The translations under genes and the position numbers were made by a program. This document shows positions 50,272 through 62,100 of a stretch of DNA of 64,000 nucleotides, piece by piece; position 1 is the stretch's first letter, and the number at the start of each line of letters is the position of its first letter. Under the pieces are notes generated by a model, which saw only the letters and a program-made list of their open reading frames with translations, was not told where the DNA came from and did no database searches. Source of the stretch: Vitrella brassicaformis CCMP3155 (lineage: Eukaryota > Protista > Chromerida); assembly GCA_001179505.1 (NCBI GenBank), contig CDMY01000396.1, forward strand, positions 1 through 64,000, written 5' to 3'.

Positions 50272-50873
50272 ATGAATGGATGGATGAATGAAGGGAGGGA
50301 GGGAGGGAGGGAGGTGTGATATCCTTCGTGTCTACGCTACCGCTATGCTTGGCTGCACTGAAATGTACTGTATAGCTAAGAGATTCTCAAGTGTCTTGCT
50401 GGAGTGGAGTGGTGTATGAAAGAAAGGCGCTGGACACGGCGGAGGTGTGGCGTTCATTCCGTGTGTGTGTGTGTGTGTGTGAACCACGGTTGTGCTTTCC
50501 TATCACACCATGAATCGATTGGAGTCGAATACCTCACGACACCTACATACATATATCCAGTACAGACAGACAGACAGACACGGACACCGCGTCAAGTACT
50601 CTTATTTGTTTTTTCCTGCATGGATCACGAGCACGGGTGCTTGACCACCAACCAACTGAATGTATGTGTGTGTGTGTGTGTACACACCTACTCGATCTGT
50701 GCAGGTATGGATGCGTATACTGTGTACTTGCTCGCCTCAGCTCTAGTGCGTGACACAACTCAGCACCGATTTCAGGGTTTGACAAACCCTGCACCCGACC
50801 TGCACCCCTTAACCCATCTCGCCGACCGGGCGGTTGGCCTTCATCTCTCGCGAATGCCGCCGTCTCTTTCATC

Positions 50874-51483
50874 ATGAATATGTCCGGCGCGAAGAGGAAA
50901 AGAGAGACAACACCTCCATCAGATGGAGCCCAGGTGCATGCCCAGCGACCAGATCCAGCCACTCCATGTCGCATGTTTTGTTTGGTGTGGTTGGCTGATT
51001 GGATTGGTTGCGTCATGCAGCTACGGGCGGACGCGAAGGCCATGTTGGACAGCCTCGCGAAGCTCGAGGGCATCCACTCAGAAGTGAGCGCATGTGAAGG
51101 CTGACACTCACAAGCCAACCAACTCGTTAATTCATTTTCATTGTTCGTCAGATCTACGAGAGGCTTCAACGGGTGGACGAGCATGCATTCAACATCGCCG
51201 CCGAGCATGTGAGTGACACAGTAAGTGATAGGGCCTGGAGTGATTTCTTTCTATCAGCTTAATTACCATTGTCGGTCGATTGTGTCGTTCCTTGCAGTCA
51301 TCCACCGTCAATGAGTTGATGCGGCATCAGCTTCGCGTGCAGATGTCGTTTCTGTCTGCGTTCCTGGCCGCCGCCACGGGGCAGCTGACCCAGCTTGAGC
51401 CACAGCTGAGTACAGCGGTGGAGGCACTCATTGCACCAGCTGTCGAGGCACGTGCCAACCAAAGGAAGGAGTTTAGGGCCTAA
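50874..51483 (+). CDS. Small hypothetical helical protein, 4 exons
   Basis: MNMSGAKRKRETTPPSDGAQ|LRADAKAMLDSLAKLEGIHSE|IYERLQRVDEHAFNIAAEH|SSTVNELMRHQL...QRKEFRA*, with phase-0 GT-AG introns and an NLS-like KRKR. Confidence 0.55.
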
Positions 51484-51699
51484 ACCCTTGTGTTGCACAT
51501 TGGTGTGTTTTGCTTGTTTGTTTGTTTGTTTGTCTTGTCAGGCCACGTTTAGTTTGATTCACACTTCCCAGCAGCCAGTGGCCGACGACGCGCCGGTAAG
51601 ACAAACACACATAGCCACCGAACAGCCCGCCCGTCGCTCACTCTCATTTATTACGCCTGCCTGCCTGCCTGCGTGTGGTGTTCATCTCATCCAGGCTGG

Positions 51700-53456
51700 T
51701 CATCGCTCGTCTGTGGAGGAGCTCTCCCATGTTTTCGGGTTCGTCCACCCGTGGCAGCAGGCCCTCCTCGCCCCCTCAGTGCCGATCTTCCTCCAGGCGG
51801 CCGCACTTTGATGACAAGCAGCGAGATTTGACTCTTTGATGACAAGATTTGCTCTTTGATGACACAACATGATCCCATCAATGCGATATGATTGTCAGGC
51901 CATGTAAAACACGTTGAGGTCTGGCATTGGGGCAGTGTGCAGCCGGATGTCGTTGTCAAGTGGTGTATGGGTTTGTGTGGGTCTGTGCGACTCGTGACTT
52001 GACGCGCGACGATGACTCATGTGCCCATGTGGTAGTGTAGCTGCACCTGATGATTAAACAGACAGCGACACACATCTGCACCCTCACCCGCCACCACACA
52101 CCATCACTCACCATCTCTGCCCGCAATGCAGCACACGCCTGTTTTGCGCCATCGCTCCCGCCGTAGTCACAGGGGTGGAATGGGCTGGATTGCTTCTGCT
52201 GCTTGTTCTGTTGCCACTGAGCGTACCAGAACTTGCCCTGCTTATGCCAGTGCACGCCCGTGATTCCACTCTTGGGTGGTGCCCACCCGCCGCCCCTCTC
52301 CGTCCTGTCCCCCCACACCTGCTTGGCCAGTGCCTCGGCTGCTTCCTGAACCATGGATGCGTCGATTCGTTCATCAGACTCGGCTGGCGGATGGTTCTCT
52401 CCCACCCACCTGTGCCTCCTTCATCCCCATCTTCAGGACGCAGAATTCCTTGATGTAACGATTCTCATCACCGGGCGCCTGCACTTTCCACTGGTTGTTA
52501 GTCGAGTCGAAGGTCACACCGGGCTGGCGGGACTTGTACACTCCAGACGGGATGATGGTCATGTTGTTGGGTCTGGTCGACGTCATGGGTTCGAGGGGGA
52601 CGGATGGAGCGGGATGCTTGTGGGGCATCATGTCGGACTCAGTGCGAGGGGGCATGACTGCACAGAAACCAGAGCAAGTAATGGGGACTTGTCATTCCGT
52701 GCACTGCACTGCCGTGGGCGACCTCACCGGCATTGATAGCGCGGCGCTCCCGTCTGTCCTTGAGGTCAACCCATCGACGACGCTTCTACACAGAAACGGA
52801 CCATCACATCCATACAAATGTGTGCGTCTGCCTCTCCTGAATGTCTTACCTCAGCACGACGGTCTGGATTGCCTTCTTCCTCGGCAGCGGCCGCACACTC
52901 AGACTCACCCTGCCAACATATACACACACACACACACACACGCATGAGACATATGTTACACCAATCCATCCGCACCTCCCAGGTGAGTGCGGCCCTTTCC
53001 TCACCTTGTTGCTCGGTCCAGCTCCCTCCTCTTACGCCCTCCCGCCTCACGCCCTCCGGCCTTACGCCTTCCCGCCTTACGCCCTCCCACGCTCCTGCCC
53101 GCTGCCTTGTTTGCCGTTTTGCGGCTCTTCTTTGCCCTCCCTCGGCGGCCCGATGCCTTCTCCTCCTCCTCCTCCTCCTCCTCCTCGCTGGATGCCTCGT
53201 CAGCGCCGCCCTCCCACTCCTCGTCATCCCCCACACCCGCTGTGCGGTGCCGCTTATTGACCTTCTTGTGGGCCAGCAGGGCACTCAATGGGTATTCGTC
53301 CTCGTCTGGACCGTCCAGCTCCATGCTCACTGAGATCTTCTCGCAGCGGTGTGTCGGGGGCTGATGCAGCGATGGCCAGCTGGGCGGCGGCGGCGGCGGC
53401 TCTGCGGGTAATCGGGGGGCCGGGAATGGCTGCGGCGTCAGGTATGTCGGACACAT
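51700..53456 (-). CDS. ApiAP2-type transcription factor with at least two AP2 domains (3' end uncertain)
   Basis: YKSRQPGVTFDSTNNQWKVQ...IKEFCVLKMGMKEAQ (about 52410-52540) and KSGITGVHWHKQGKFWYAQWQQNKQQKQSSPFHPCDYGGSDGAKQACAALR (about 52110-52280); acidic/basic N-terminal region with GRKAG repeats. Confidence 0.8.
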
Positions 53457-53673
53457 GGTGGTGCTGAACACCTTCTCCCCCCTTAATCACACTGCCACGT
53501 GCTCTGTCGACCGCCATTTGGTGAATGTGACGGGCACTGGGCACCGCAGCGAAGACGGCCCCGTCCCAGAGGTCCATAGAAGCCTCATCCATGGTGAGGG
53601 AAAACAGCCGACAGAGCCATGCGTAAATACATTCCAACATATAAGCTCGCAGATCAGTGGCAACAGAGCAAGA

Positions 53674-56366
53674 ATGGCTGATGAGGAAGATGACCGACCC
53701 ATCTATGCTGGCCTCCCGCCACCGGCGCCACAGAGCGAGGATTCCGACGTCTATCCGGCTGGCGCTCTTCGCACACTCGGGCAAGCACGGGCCGCGGTCG
53801 TCACGAAGCTTCGCTTTGTGATCGACCGCTGGTGCCCAGACGAGGTGCGGATCCCCATCTGGGCACATGTGCAGAAGCTGTGTCGACCGGGGATGGAAGT
53901 GACGGACTTCCTGGGCGGGATGTACCTCATGATCCTGTGAGCCGTGACACCACACACACGTAGATCATCCCGTCCTGTCCACACTGCTCTCTCTCGCCCC
54001 TATTGTGTGTGTGTGCAGAGGGGGTGTGGTGCCTCGGCTGCCGGACGACGCGCCGTACAAGTGGAGCCCGGACAAGCACGCCTTCGTCGAAAAGGGCGTC
54101 ACGGAGCGGCGGCTTCCACCGGCGATGAAAGCCAGCAAGGTCCTTCCGGCCCAGGAATGGCACACCCATGCACTGGTAGGCTGCATTATGATGCCAACGG
54201 CTACATCGCTCGATCTCAAGGCCCATGTCCTGTGTGGCTGCAGGGCAAATTGGAACCTCTGTTCGAGGAGGCCTGCGGGAAGATGGCTCCTGATGCTAGG
54301 GACCGATGCATGGCCGGGTGGCGGCTCATGGCCGCAAGGCTCAGGGTCCCCGGTCTTCCCCCACTCGATGATCTCCTCAAGGATGCGTGTGAGAGCGAGG
54401 TCGAGCTCCTGTGGCCCCGCACACCCGAAGGTTCGATGTTCGTGCACTCTGAAGGCTGTACTCCATTGTTGATGTGTGTGCACATCAGAGTGCACGCGTG
54501 CCCGTGGCCGTGTGGGAGTGCTATGTGCAGTGGGTGCACTTGTCTTGGCCACCGGGCACCTTCCTGACGGCTTAGACAAGGACAAACTATCGCCATTGGT
54601 GCGGCTTACTGACTGACACTAACACACACATTGATGGATGGATGGATGGACGGACTGACCGGGGTGTGTGTGTGTGTGTGTGTGTGTGTGGTATGTCAGG
54701 TGCATGATTTTCTCTGGGGCCTTGTATCTCTCCGTGAGAGCAGCGGCGGAAAGGATGCAGATGGTGACGTCAGGATGACTGCCGAGGTAGGGAGGGGCAC
54801 AGAGCAGATGCACGTGCAAATGCATCATCACCATGCACACATGCTGTGTGTACGTGCAGGCAAGCTCGGCCGTGGTGGAGCCTGACGAGGACGCCCCCCT
54901 CACCACTCGGCTCAACCGTACCTTATCAGGTGTCGTCAAGAGCACAGACTGACTTGGTTGCCAGTGTTACATCTGTGTGTGGGCATGTTCCCTAACAGCT
55001 TTGACAGTGATGGCCCAGCTTGCCGAGGTGGATCAGGTCCACAACCGATCTGTCGTCTACCGGTTGGAGAACACCATCGCGCTCAGCGCCACATCCCGTC
55101 GCGATCTTCTGCGCAACATCAAGACAGGTCGGTGTGCATACGAACTGAGCCCATCGCCGCAAACCTATCCCCTCTCTCCGACAGGAATGGCCATGTTCAC
55201 CGGCGCAACCATGCGTCAGCTGGGGCTCCTCACTGAGTCCAGCGCCGTCTTCATGTCGACACAGATCGCCATCAAGACGGAGGACGGGTCCGGACGCATC
55301 TCTGTCCCGGCTTGTGGGATGGAGGTTGCTGATTCGATGGCGACAGGCAAGCGGGACGAAATGGCTGGGACACTCTCCCTGTGGTCGTATTTCTGCTGCG
55401 TCTCTTTCAATGCCTTGTCAGGCGATGTGGGCCTCATCTGCTGGGCCAAGCCGGACGACTGGGGCGGAGGTCGTGTTTTGACAGTGGCGACGGTCGAACA
55501 GGAGGGCGTGGCCCGGCAGGTTTACAAGATGGACATCTTCCACGCCGTGTTGGCAAGTAGGCACGACGCAGAGGGAAAGAAAGCAGACATTTCAGCATGT
55601 CTCCATTTCGTCTGTTCTTGTCAGCAAAGGGCTATCCGTCCGATGCCGTCATGAAGCTGTTCATCCGCCTGTCCACAATCACTCATGTGGCGGTAGGCGA
55701 CATCATATGGCCACGCACTCGGGCATTGTCATCTTTTCAGGTGTTTCACTTCGGCGATGGCGACGTCCATGGTCTCGAGATCGCACTCGCCATAGCCGCC
55801 CGGCTGGAGAGGCATAAGGTCGACGTGCATTGGTGTGCTGTGACATGCCTGCAGGTCGAAATGTGGGCAGCGCAGGTGCGTCACAGGCTCACGTGCCTAG
55901 CCAGACAGCATGTGTGTGTCGGTGCCCTTCTTGATTGTCTTTTCGTCACCAGGCGAAGCTGGAACCCAAGGCGCTTAGCAAGAGCGACGAGAAGAAGGTG
56001 GATGCCATGCTGCGTGGGCCTACAGAGGGCCGCAAGAGTGCCGAGTATGCGGCGTACGAGGAGAAGCACGAGACGAAGGTAAGCACACACCGAGCTACAC
56101 ATGGCGCCCTCACACATCCCACCTGCGGTGCATGTCAGCTGTTCAAGAAGTGTGTCAAGGGCCAGCTGGAGACCATCCTAAAGACGCAGCAACAGATGAA
56201 GCTAGATGTGAGTGGATCGGAGATGAACATACATGTGGGCACTGTTTCTCCTGCTCTGTAGATGGTATTTGACAAGGTGGACGAGGGGGTGTTGAAGAAG
56301 GCCTTTCAGCAGTTGAAGGACAAGAGGCTGGCTGAGGACGCCGCTGAGAACAATGAGAGGATGTAG
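53674..56366 (+). CDS. SPO11: Divergent Spo11/DNA topoisomerase VI subunit A-like protein with long N-terminal extension, about 14 exons
   Basis: Spliced product: LSALTVMAQL...HNRSVVYR (R.x.x.x.Y; Tyr codon 55058-55060), GATMRQLGLLTES, TVEQEGV (Glu 55496-55498), VLATKGYPSDAVMKLFIRL, VFHFGDGDVHGLEI (DxD 55756-55764), ALSKSDEKKVDAML, QLETILKTQQQMKLD. Motif order matches Spo11/Top6A, and intron phases were checked as compatible. Confidence 0.8.
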
Positions 56367-56392
56367 GGGTGGTGTGAGACGGTCGTTTAGGT

Positions 56393-58400
56393 GTGACATC
56401 AGACGTCTATCTGCATGAGAATGAAAGACTCGTCAAGGGCTGGAAGGGCGACTGGCCATCGCAGGTGCAGCGATACTGCACCCACCTGACCATCGACTGC
56501 CAAGACCCGCGCACAAGAGACCTGTGGACGGCCATGCCATTGGAGGGCGCGTACGAGTGGGGCAAGAGGGCGGTGCGGCTGAGGCATCTGAAGGTCCGCT
56601 ATCCCTCCAGTCGGCCCAAGTGGTGTCTGGGCGTGTGGATGAGTATCTGTGAGGGTCACGCAAGCGGCCGGGCAGCACTGGTGGCCGAGAAGAAGAAGCA
56701 GCAGGAGAGCCACGGCAACGGTGCGGCAGCGGAGCTGGCCGACCAGGGCACACTGGAGGTGTTATCGTTCGAGAGCGTGGCGCTGCGGCAGAGAGCTGGC
56801 GTCATGTGTGAAGTGGTCCCCGTCCCCGCCTCCCTCGTCCATCTGCCAGCCCTCAAGACCGTCACTTCCCTGCCGAGTGAGTGTGCACCGGCGCGTGTCG
56901 ACAGGCAGTGGTCCACCCCCAACCTCGCCACACTCAGCATCACCGGCTGCCAGAAGCTCGACACAGAGGGTGGGCGGGCGTGGCTGGAGGGATGTCATCG
57001 GCTGGAGGATCTTGACCTGAGTGGGATAGACGAGGAGGACGGCAAGGGCAAACGGCTGGTGGAGGTCCTCAGTGGTGCCTTCCCGCCCGACGGCAAGTGC
57101 CTCGCGAGTCTGCGGTCACTGCGTGGCGTTGACGTGTCCGCTGCAGAGAAGTCCGGCCATCATCCCTTTTTCCCGGAGATCGACAGTGTGCGGGAGACGC
57201 TGGTGCAGCGAGGGGTCAGGCGTACACTCAAGCATATTGACTTGAGTCGCCTGCTGCCGATGGAGCTGCTCAACAGTGACGAGTGTCGGGTGCGGGTCGG
57301 CACAGTGGCTGACCTGATGTAAGTCAGACACGCACACGCACAGCCAGCCAGCCAGCCAGCCATCTGTCTCTGCATGTTCGTCGCTGTAACGTAATCAGGG
57401 GTGCCATCATGCATGGTGATTTCCTTTCCGACGAGCCACGAGCTTTCCATACGGATCACGAAGTCGTCATCGCCGCCGAGGTATTCGTCCTCTGGGCCCG
57501 TGTGTACTACGTGGGCACTCACCGCTCGCAGTGCGTCAAGAAGATCATCGCCGACGTGGCCGCTCAGGCAGGGACGGTGGTCTACTCGGGGAATAGCGAC
57601 CCGTCGGCGGCCACCTGCATCTCATTCGACACCTTCCCAAAGGCGCACACTTTCGAGATGGCTTGGAGTGCTCTGGCGTCGGAAGAGGAGCGCGCGACGG
57701 CCGTCGACATCGCCTGCTCCCTCCCGAACTTGTCTCGTGTCGAGGTGGGCTCTCAACATCGGCCCCTGACGTCAGGTGCCGGTGCCGGCGTCGTTGCTTT
57801 CCTGACGAAGATCAAGCCCCTCGGGAGCATCGACTTGACCATCCACACGACGAGCGCATCGGTCATGTCGACGGCTGGTGGCGGGCGAGAGTGGGAGCTG
57901 GGCAGACATGCGGCGTATATTTCGCCCATCGAGAACCTGCATCTCAAAGTCTACGGTACCTGAGATGGATCGATGGGTGGATGGATCAATGGATGGATGT
58001 GTGCATGCGCATGTGTGTGTTTCGCAGGCGTCACAGCTGCAGGCGTCAATGTTGATGCTGAAGACTTCTATGGCTGTGTGCTGGCGATGCTGGCATCCTC
58101 AACCGACCTGGAGGTACGCCGACAAAGAGTGCAATTTCCCGCTGGCCAGCGGCCACAAGTTTTGTTGTGTCGTACTTGTTCAGTTCCACGTGAGCACCTC
58201 CATACGCATCGACGACGCTGCCCTTCGCGCGTACCTCCACAAGCGCTTCCGAAGTCAGTACGGCCTGTTCAACCTTCAGCCGGGTCAAGAATACAAAGCG
58301 GAGTGTGCCGGCGACGACCTGCTGCTTAAGCGCCGCAGAAGGCCGATGGATGGATAGGCACGCGGACTCACTGTTGACATATCGCATGCGACGAGATAAG
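56393..58400 (+). CDS. Lineage-expanded LRR-like hypothetical protein (paralogue of the 7381 gene); start unclear
   Basis: RYCTHLTIDCQDPRTRDLWTAMPLEGAYEWGKRAVRL...WCLGVWMSICEGHASGR...GTLEVLSF, followed by LRR-like LATLSITGCQKLD...LEDLDLSGID. Confidence 0.7.
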
Positions 58401-58804
58401 GCGTGGGTGAGAGCGTCCAGCCAGCTGACGGCCTGTCCGCCGCCAGTGTCCGGTGATGGCGTTTTCCTGTTGCAATCGTTTTTCCCCTTCTTGCATTAGT
58501 GCATATTGTGTTTGTATGTGTGAGTGTATATTTTGCAATAGCTGTGTGTTGGTATCGCACGACGTCTCGTGGCGGTGCCATGGGAATGATGCACGGTGCG
58601 GTGCAATCAGTTCTTTACTGTGCACGCACATCGACGAGTCCAGCACGAGACACACAGAGATCGGAGTAGCTAGAGCGACAAGCAGATGATCGCCAGTAGC
58701 ACCAAATCAGCATCCAATTCACTTTGTTCACCAACCAACAGCTATCACAAGCCTCTCCTCCTCCCTCCTCCTTCCCCCCCCTCCATCCATCCATCACCAT
58801 GACA

Positions 58805-59035
58805 TCACGCCTTGCATGTTGCGAGTGTTCCCCTGGCGGCCGCCTCGTCCACCACTTGCTTGACGAAGTCGTTGGCCTCCAGCGTCCCTTTTGGCCTGTA
58901 CTCCCGCATCAAATTGGCCTTGCGCATGATGCACCACAGAATCGGCACCAGGAACAGAAGGGCCGCACCAGCGACGAACACCACGCAGAAGAGCCACAAG
59001 TCGAGGCCGAACTCCTTCTCAACGGTTTTGGCCAT
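58805..59035 (-). CDS. Small single-TM protein (76 aa), intronless
   Basis: MAKTVEKEFGLDLWLFCVVFVAGAALLFLVPILWCIMRKANL... has a clean hydrophobic helix followed by basic residues and coding-like codon use. Confidence 0.4.
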   Translation of the reverse strand: MAKTVEKEFGLDLWLFCVVFVAGAALLFLVPILWCIMRKANLMREYRPKGTLEANDFVKQVVDEAAARGTLATCKA

Positions 59036-59146
59036 CGGGGAAAACAGAACGACAGGAGGGAGGGAGAGGTGGGCGGGCCTGCCCCCCGCGGCCCCAATAC
59101 GAAATAATAATACAAGGATTGAGGGCATCCTCCCAGAGAACGAGGT

Positions 59147-62100
59147 ATGCCGCCATGCCGCACAACGACGACAGGCAAAAGAAGCGACGCCATCTCCCCA
59201 CCGTCTGCAAGCGATGGCGGTGGCCGTGCCGACAGCTCAAGGCAACGTACAAGGACACAATCACGCCAACGACCACCATCATCCCGGCCATCCCCTTCCA
59301 CCCCCTTCCGCCCCTCCCTCTTGCTGACGTCTTCCCTCCTGCTGCTGTCGTCATTTTGCCAAGCGAAGACTCGTGACGAGTGGGTGGATTCTCGCCGTGT
59401 GATTTATCAGGTGGTGACGGACCGCTTTGCCCTTGAGGGCGGGCAGCAGGGTACGAAGCAGGGGACGTGTTGGAAGGACGGCTGCGAGAACGGGGGCTAC
59501 TGCGGCGGCACTTGGGCGGGGCTGCGGGAGCAGCTGGGGTACATCAAGGGCATGGGGTTCAACGCCATATGGATTTCCCCACACGTCCAAAACACCAAAT
59601 GCGGCTACCATGGTGAGCGAGGGGGACGGACGGCCTGGTGAGCACAAAGTAGGGAGGCTGTGTGTGTGTGTGTGTTGTCGGCGTGTGTCAGGGTTTTGGC
59701 CGAAGAATTTCGCCGAGTTGAATGAGCATTTTGGGACGGAAGATGAACTGTACGCTCTGGTCAAGCGCGCCCACGACCTCGACATATGGATCGTCATGGA
59801 CACAGGCAAGCGTGTGCATCAACGAGCCAACCAAAACATGATGGCCGACAGCGCGTGTGTCTATCATGACATGGCAGTGTTGAACCACATGAGCATGGAG
59901 GAGCCAATCGAGAACTTGTGGCCCTTCAACGACACCGTCTACTACCGCGAGCACTGTCCCATGGACTACAACGACCGATACGCCGTCCGCCACTGCTGGC
60001 TCATGGGGCTCCCTGACCTCAATGACGACATATACGCCGTCCGGTAGGCCTCTGTGCGCGCGTGAAAGTGACCGAAACTCACTCCTCCCGACCCACCCCT
60101 GTGTGTATTACCTCCCTGGCACGTGTGCAGGAAGTATCTGATAGACTGGGCGGAGCACCAGGTGCTCAAATACGAGTTTGACGGGTACCGGATGGACGCC
60201 ATCGTGCACCTGCAGTACGACACGCTGGCCGAGGTGTGGGAGCGGCTGTCCAACCACACATTCACCATCGGGGAGGCCTTCATGCCGCTGGTCAAGGACA
60301 TGGCCTGGTACCAATTCAACAAGTGGAAGCAACGGCAGCTCATGGATGGGGTCAGTCAGTGAGTGAATGGCTGGTGTGGTGGATGGATCGCCGTCCATCC
60401 ATCCACTGTGGGTGTGAGTTGGGTTGGGGTGGTCTTCAGGTGACGAACTACCCGATGGCCATTCAGCTGCGGAAGAGCTTCGGGCAGAAGGAGAGCCTCT
60501 ATGGCGTCAAGTGGATCTGGGGAGAGCTCATGAAGGAAGTCAGGTACGCACACACGCAGACCAGACCCACACACACCTGCACCGTCCACCCGCCCCACCC
60601 AGCGACCGCCATCCCTTCACCTATCGTCCGTCTCAGGGACGTCAGCGCGTTGGCCTTGTTTGTGGAGTCCCACGACATGAAGCGGTTCCTCAACATGCAG
60701 CCCGACTGGACCCTCTTCACCAATGCGCTCACATGGATACTCGCCGCCGACAACATTCCCATCGTCTACTACGGCTCCGAGCAGGCAATGACTAACGGTA
60801 CGGTCAGCGGGAAATGGGAAGGAGACGCACATTTCGGGGGGAAGGATGTGTAGGTGTGGGTGTGGGTGTGTGTTGCTATCAGGTCATCGAGAGCCGCTGT
60901 GGTACAAGGGCTATGACCAGGAGGCCGTCTACTACGAGCTAATCAGGCGGATGATCACACACAGGGTCGCAGGGGTGTTCGACGGACCACAGCAAGAGAG
61001 ACACGTACGCAGGACATCCATGAACACCCCAAACACACCTTGCCCACTTCGCCGTCTCTGCAGGTAGAGGATTGGCTGTACGTGTATTCCCGCAACAACA
61101 CCCTAGTCGTCACGTCCAACCTCGGCTCCGGCAAGGGTAACCAGCGGTTCATCCCCACGGCCGAGCTGCCCCCCTCCTACACCAAAGACACCGTCCTCTG
61201 CAATGTCCTCACCGACACGTGCGACACGACCGTGCAGGCCGGCGGGCTAGAGGTGGTCATCCACAATGGGCAGCCACTCGTGCTGGTGCCGCAGGAGCAG
61301 TTGATCCCCTACACCGAGCCGGAGATATTCGGGGAGGCGCCGATTGACGACGACAGTGAGGAGAGTGAGGAGAGTGAGGAGAGTGAGGAGGGTGTGGGTG
61401 TGGATGAGGGCGGAGATGACGGTGGGTACGAGTACTACGGCGATGGGGCGTATGGAGACTACTATGGCGCCTCGCAGGCCCCGCTGGTCGACGAGTACTA
61501 CGGCGACCTGCAGAAGGAGATCGACGAGGTCCTGCAGGAGCAGGAGGGAGACATCACCACCACCATTTCCAGCACCCCTCTCCCCACCAGCAGCAGCAGC
61601 AGCACCACACCCATTCCAACCGATGGCATCATGGCCACCCAACGGACAGCCGATGACATCCCAACATTAGCGCCCATCGACATGGAGGAGGAGGAACAAC
61701 AAGAAGACGAGGAGGACGGCAGCAGCACCGACACAGCAACAGAGACCGACGGAGACGGAGACGGATGGGCCACCCGCGGGTTAGAGGAGCACTGCTTCGA
61801 GTATGCTGACTACCTGGGCAACGACGTAGGCGGCGTGAAGGTGTCATCGCCCAAGGGGTGTCAGCTGGCGTGTCAGGAGGACGACCGTTGTCTGTTCTTC
61901 ACCTATTTGCCGCGGTTCACGGAGATGTCGAGTGTCAACTGCTGGCTCAAGGCCACCGACCAAGGGAGGGTAATCAGGTGGGGCGGCGACACCCCATCCG
62001 TCTCGGGGCCCAAGACATGCCGTATGCCCTGCACACACACACACACACACAGACACACAGACAGAGAGACAGACCGAGAGGGAGGGCGGCAGGGATGGAT

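Noticed and set aside
54980-56366. Wadjet JetD or other bacterial TOPRIM nuclease / bacterial contamination as the explanation of the Spo11-like gene
   Set aside because: The gene has many host-style introns and a winged-helix Tyr motif ahead of the TOPRIM, which fits Spo11/Top6A better. Phylogeny is still needed.
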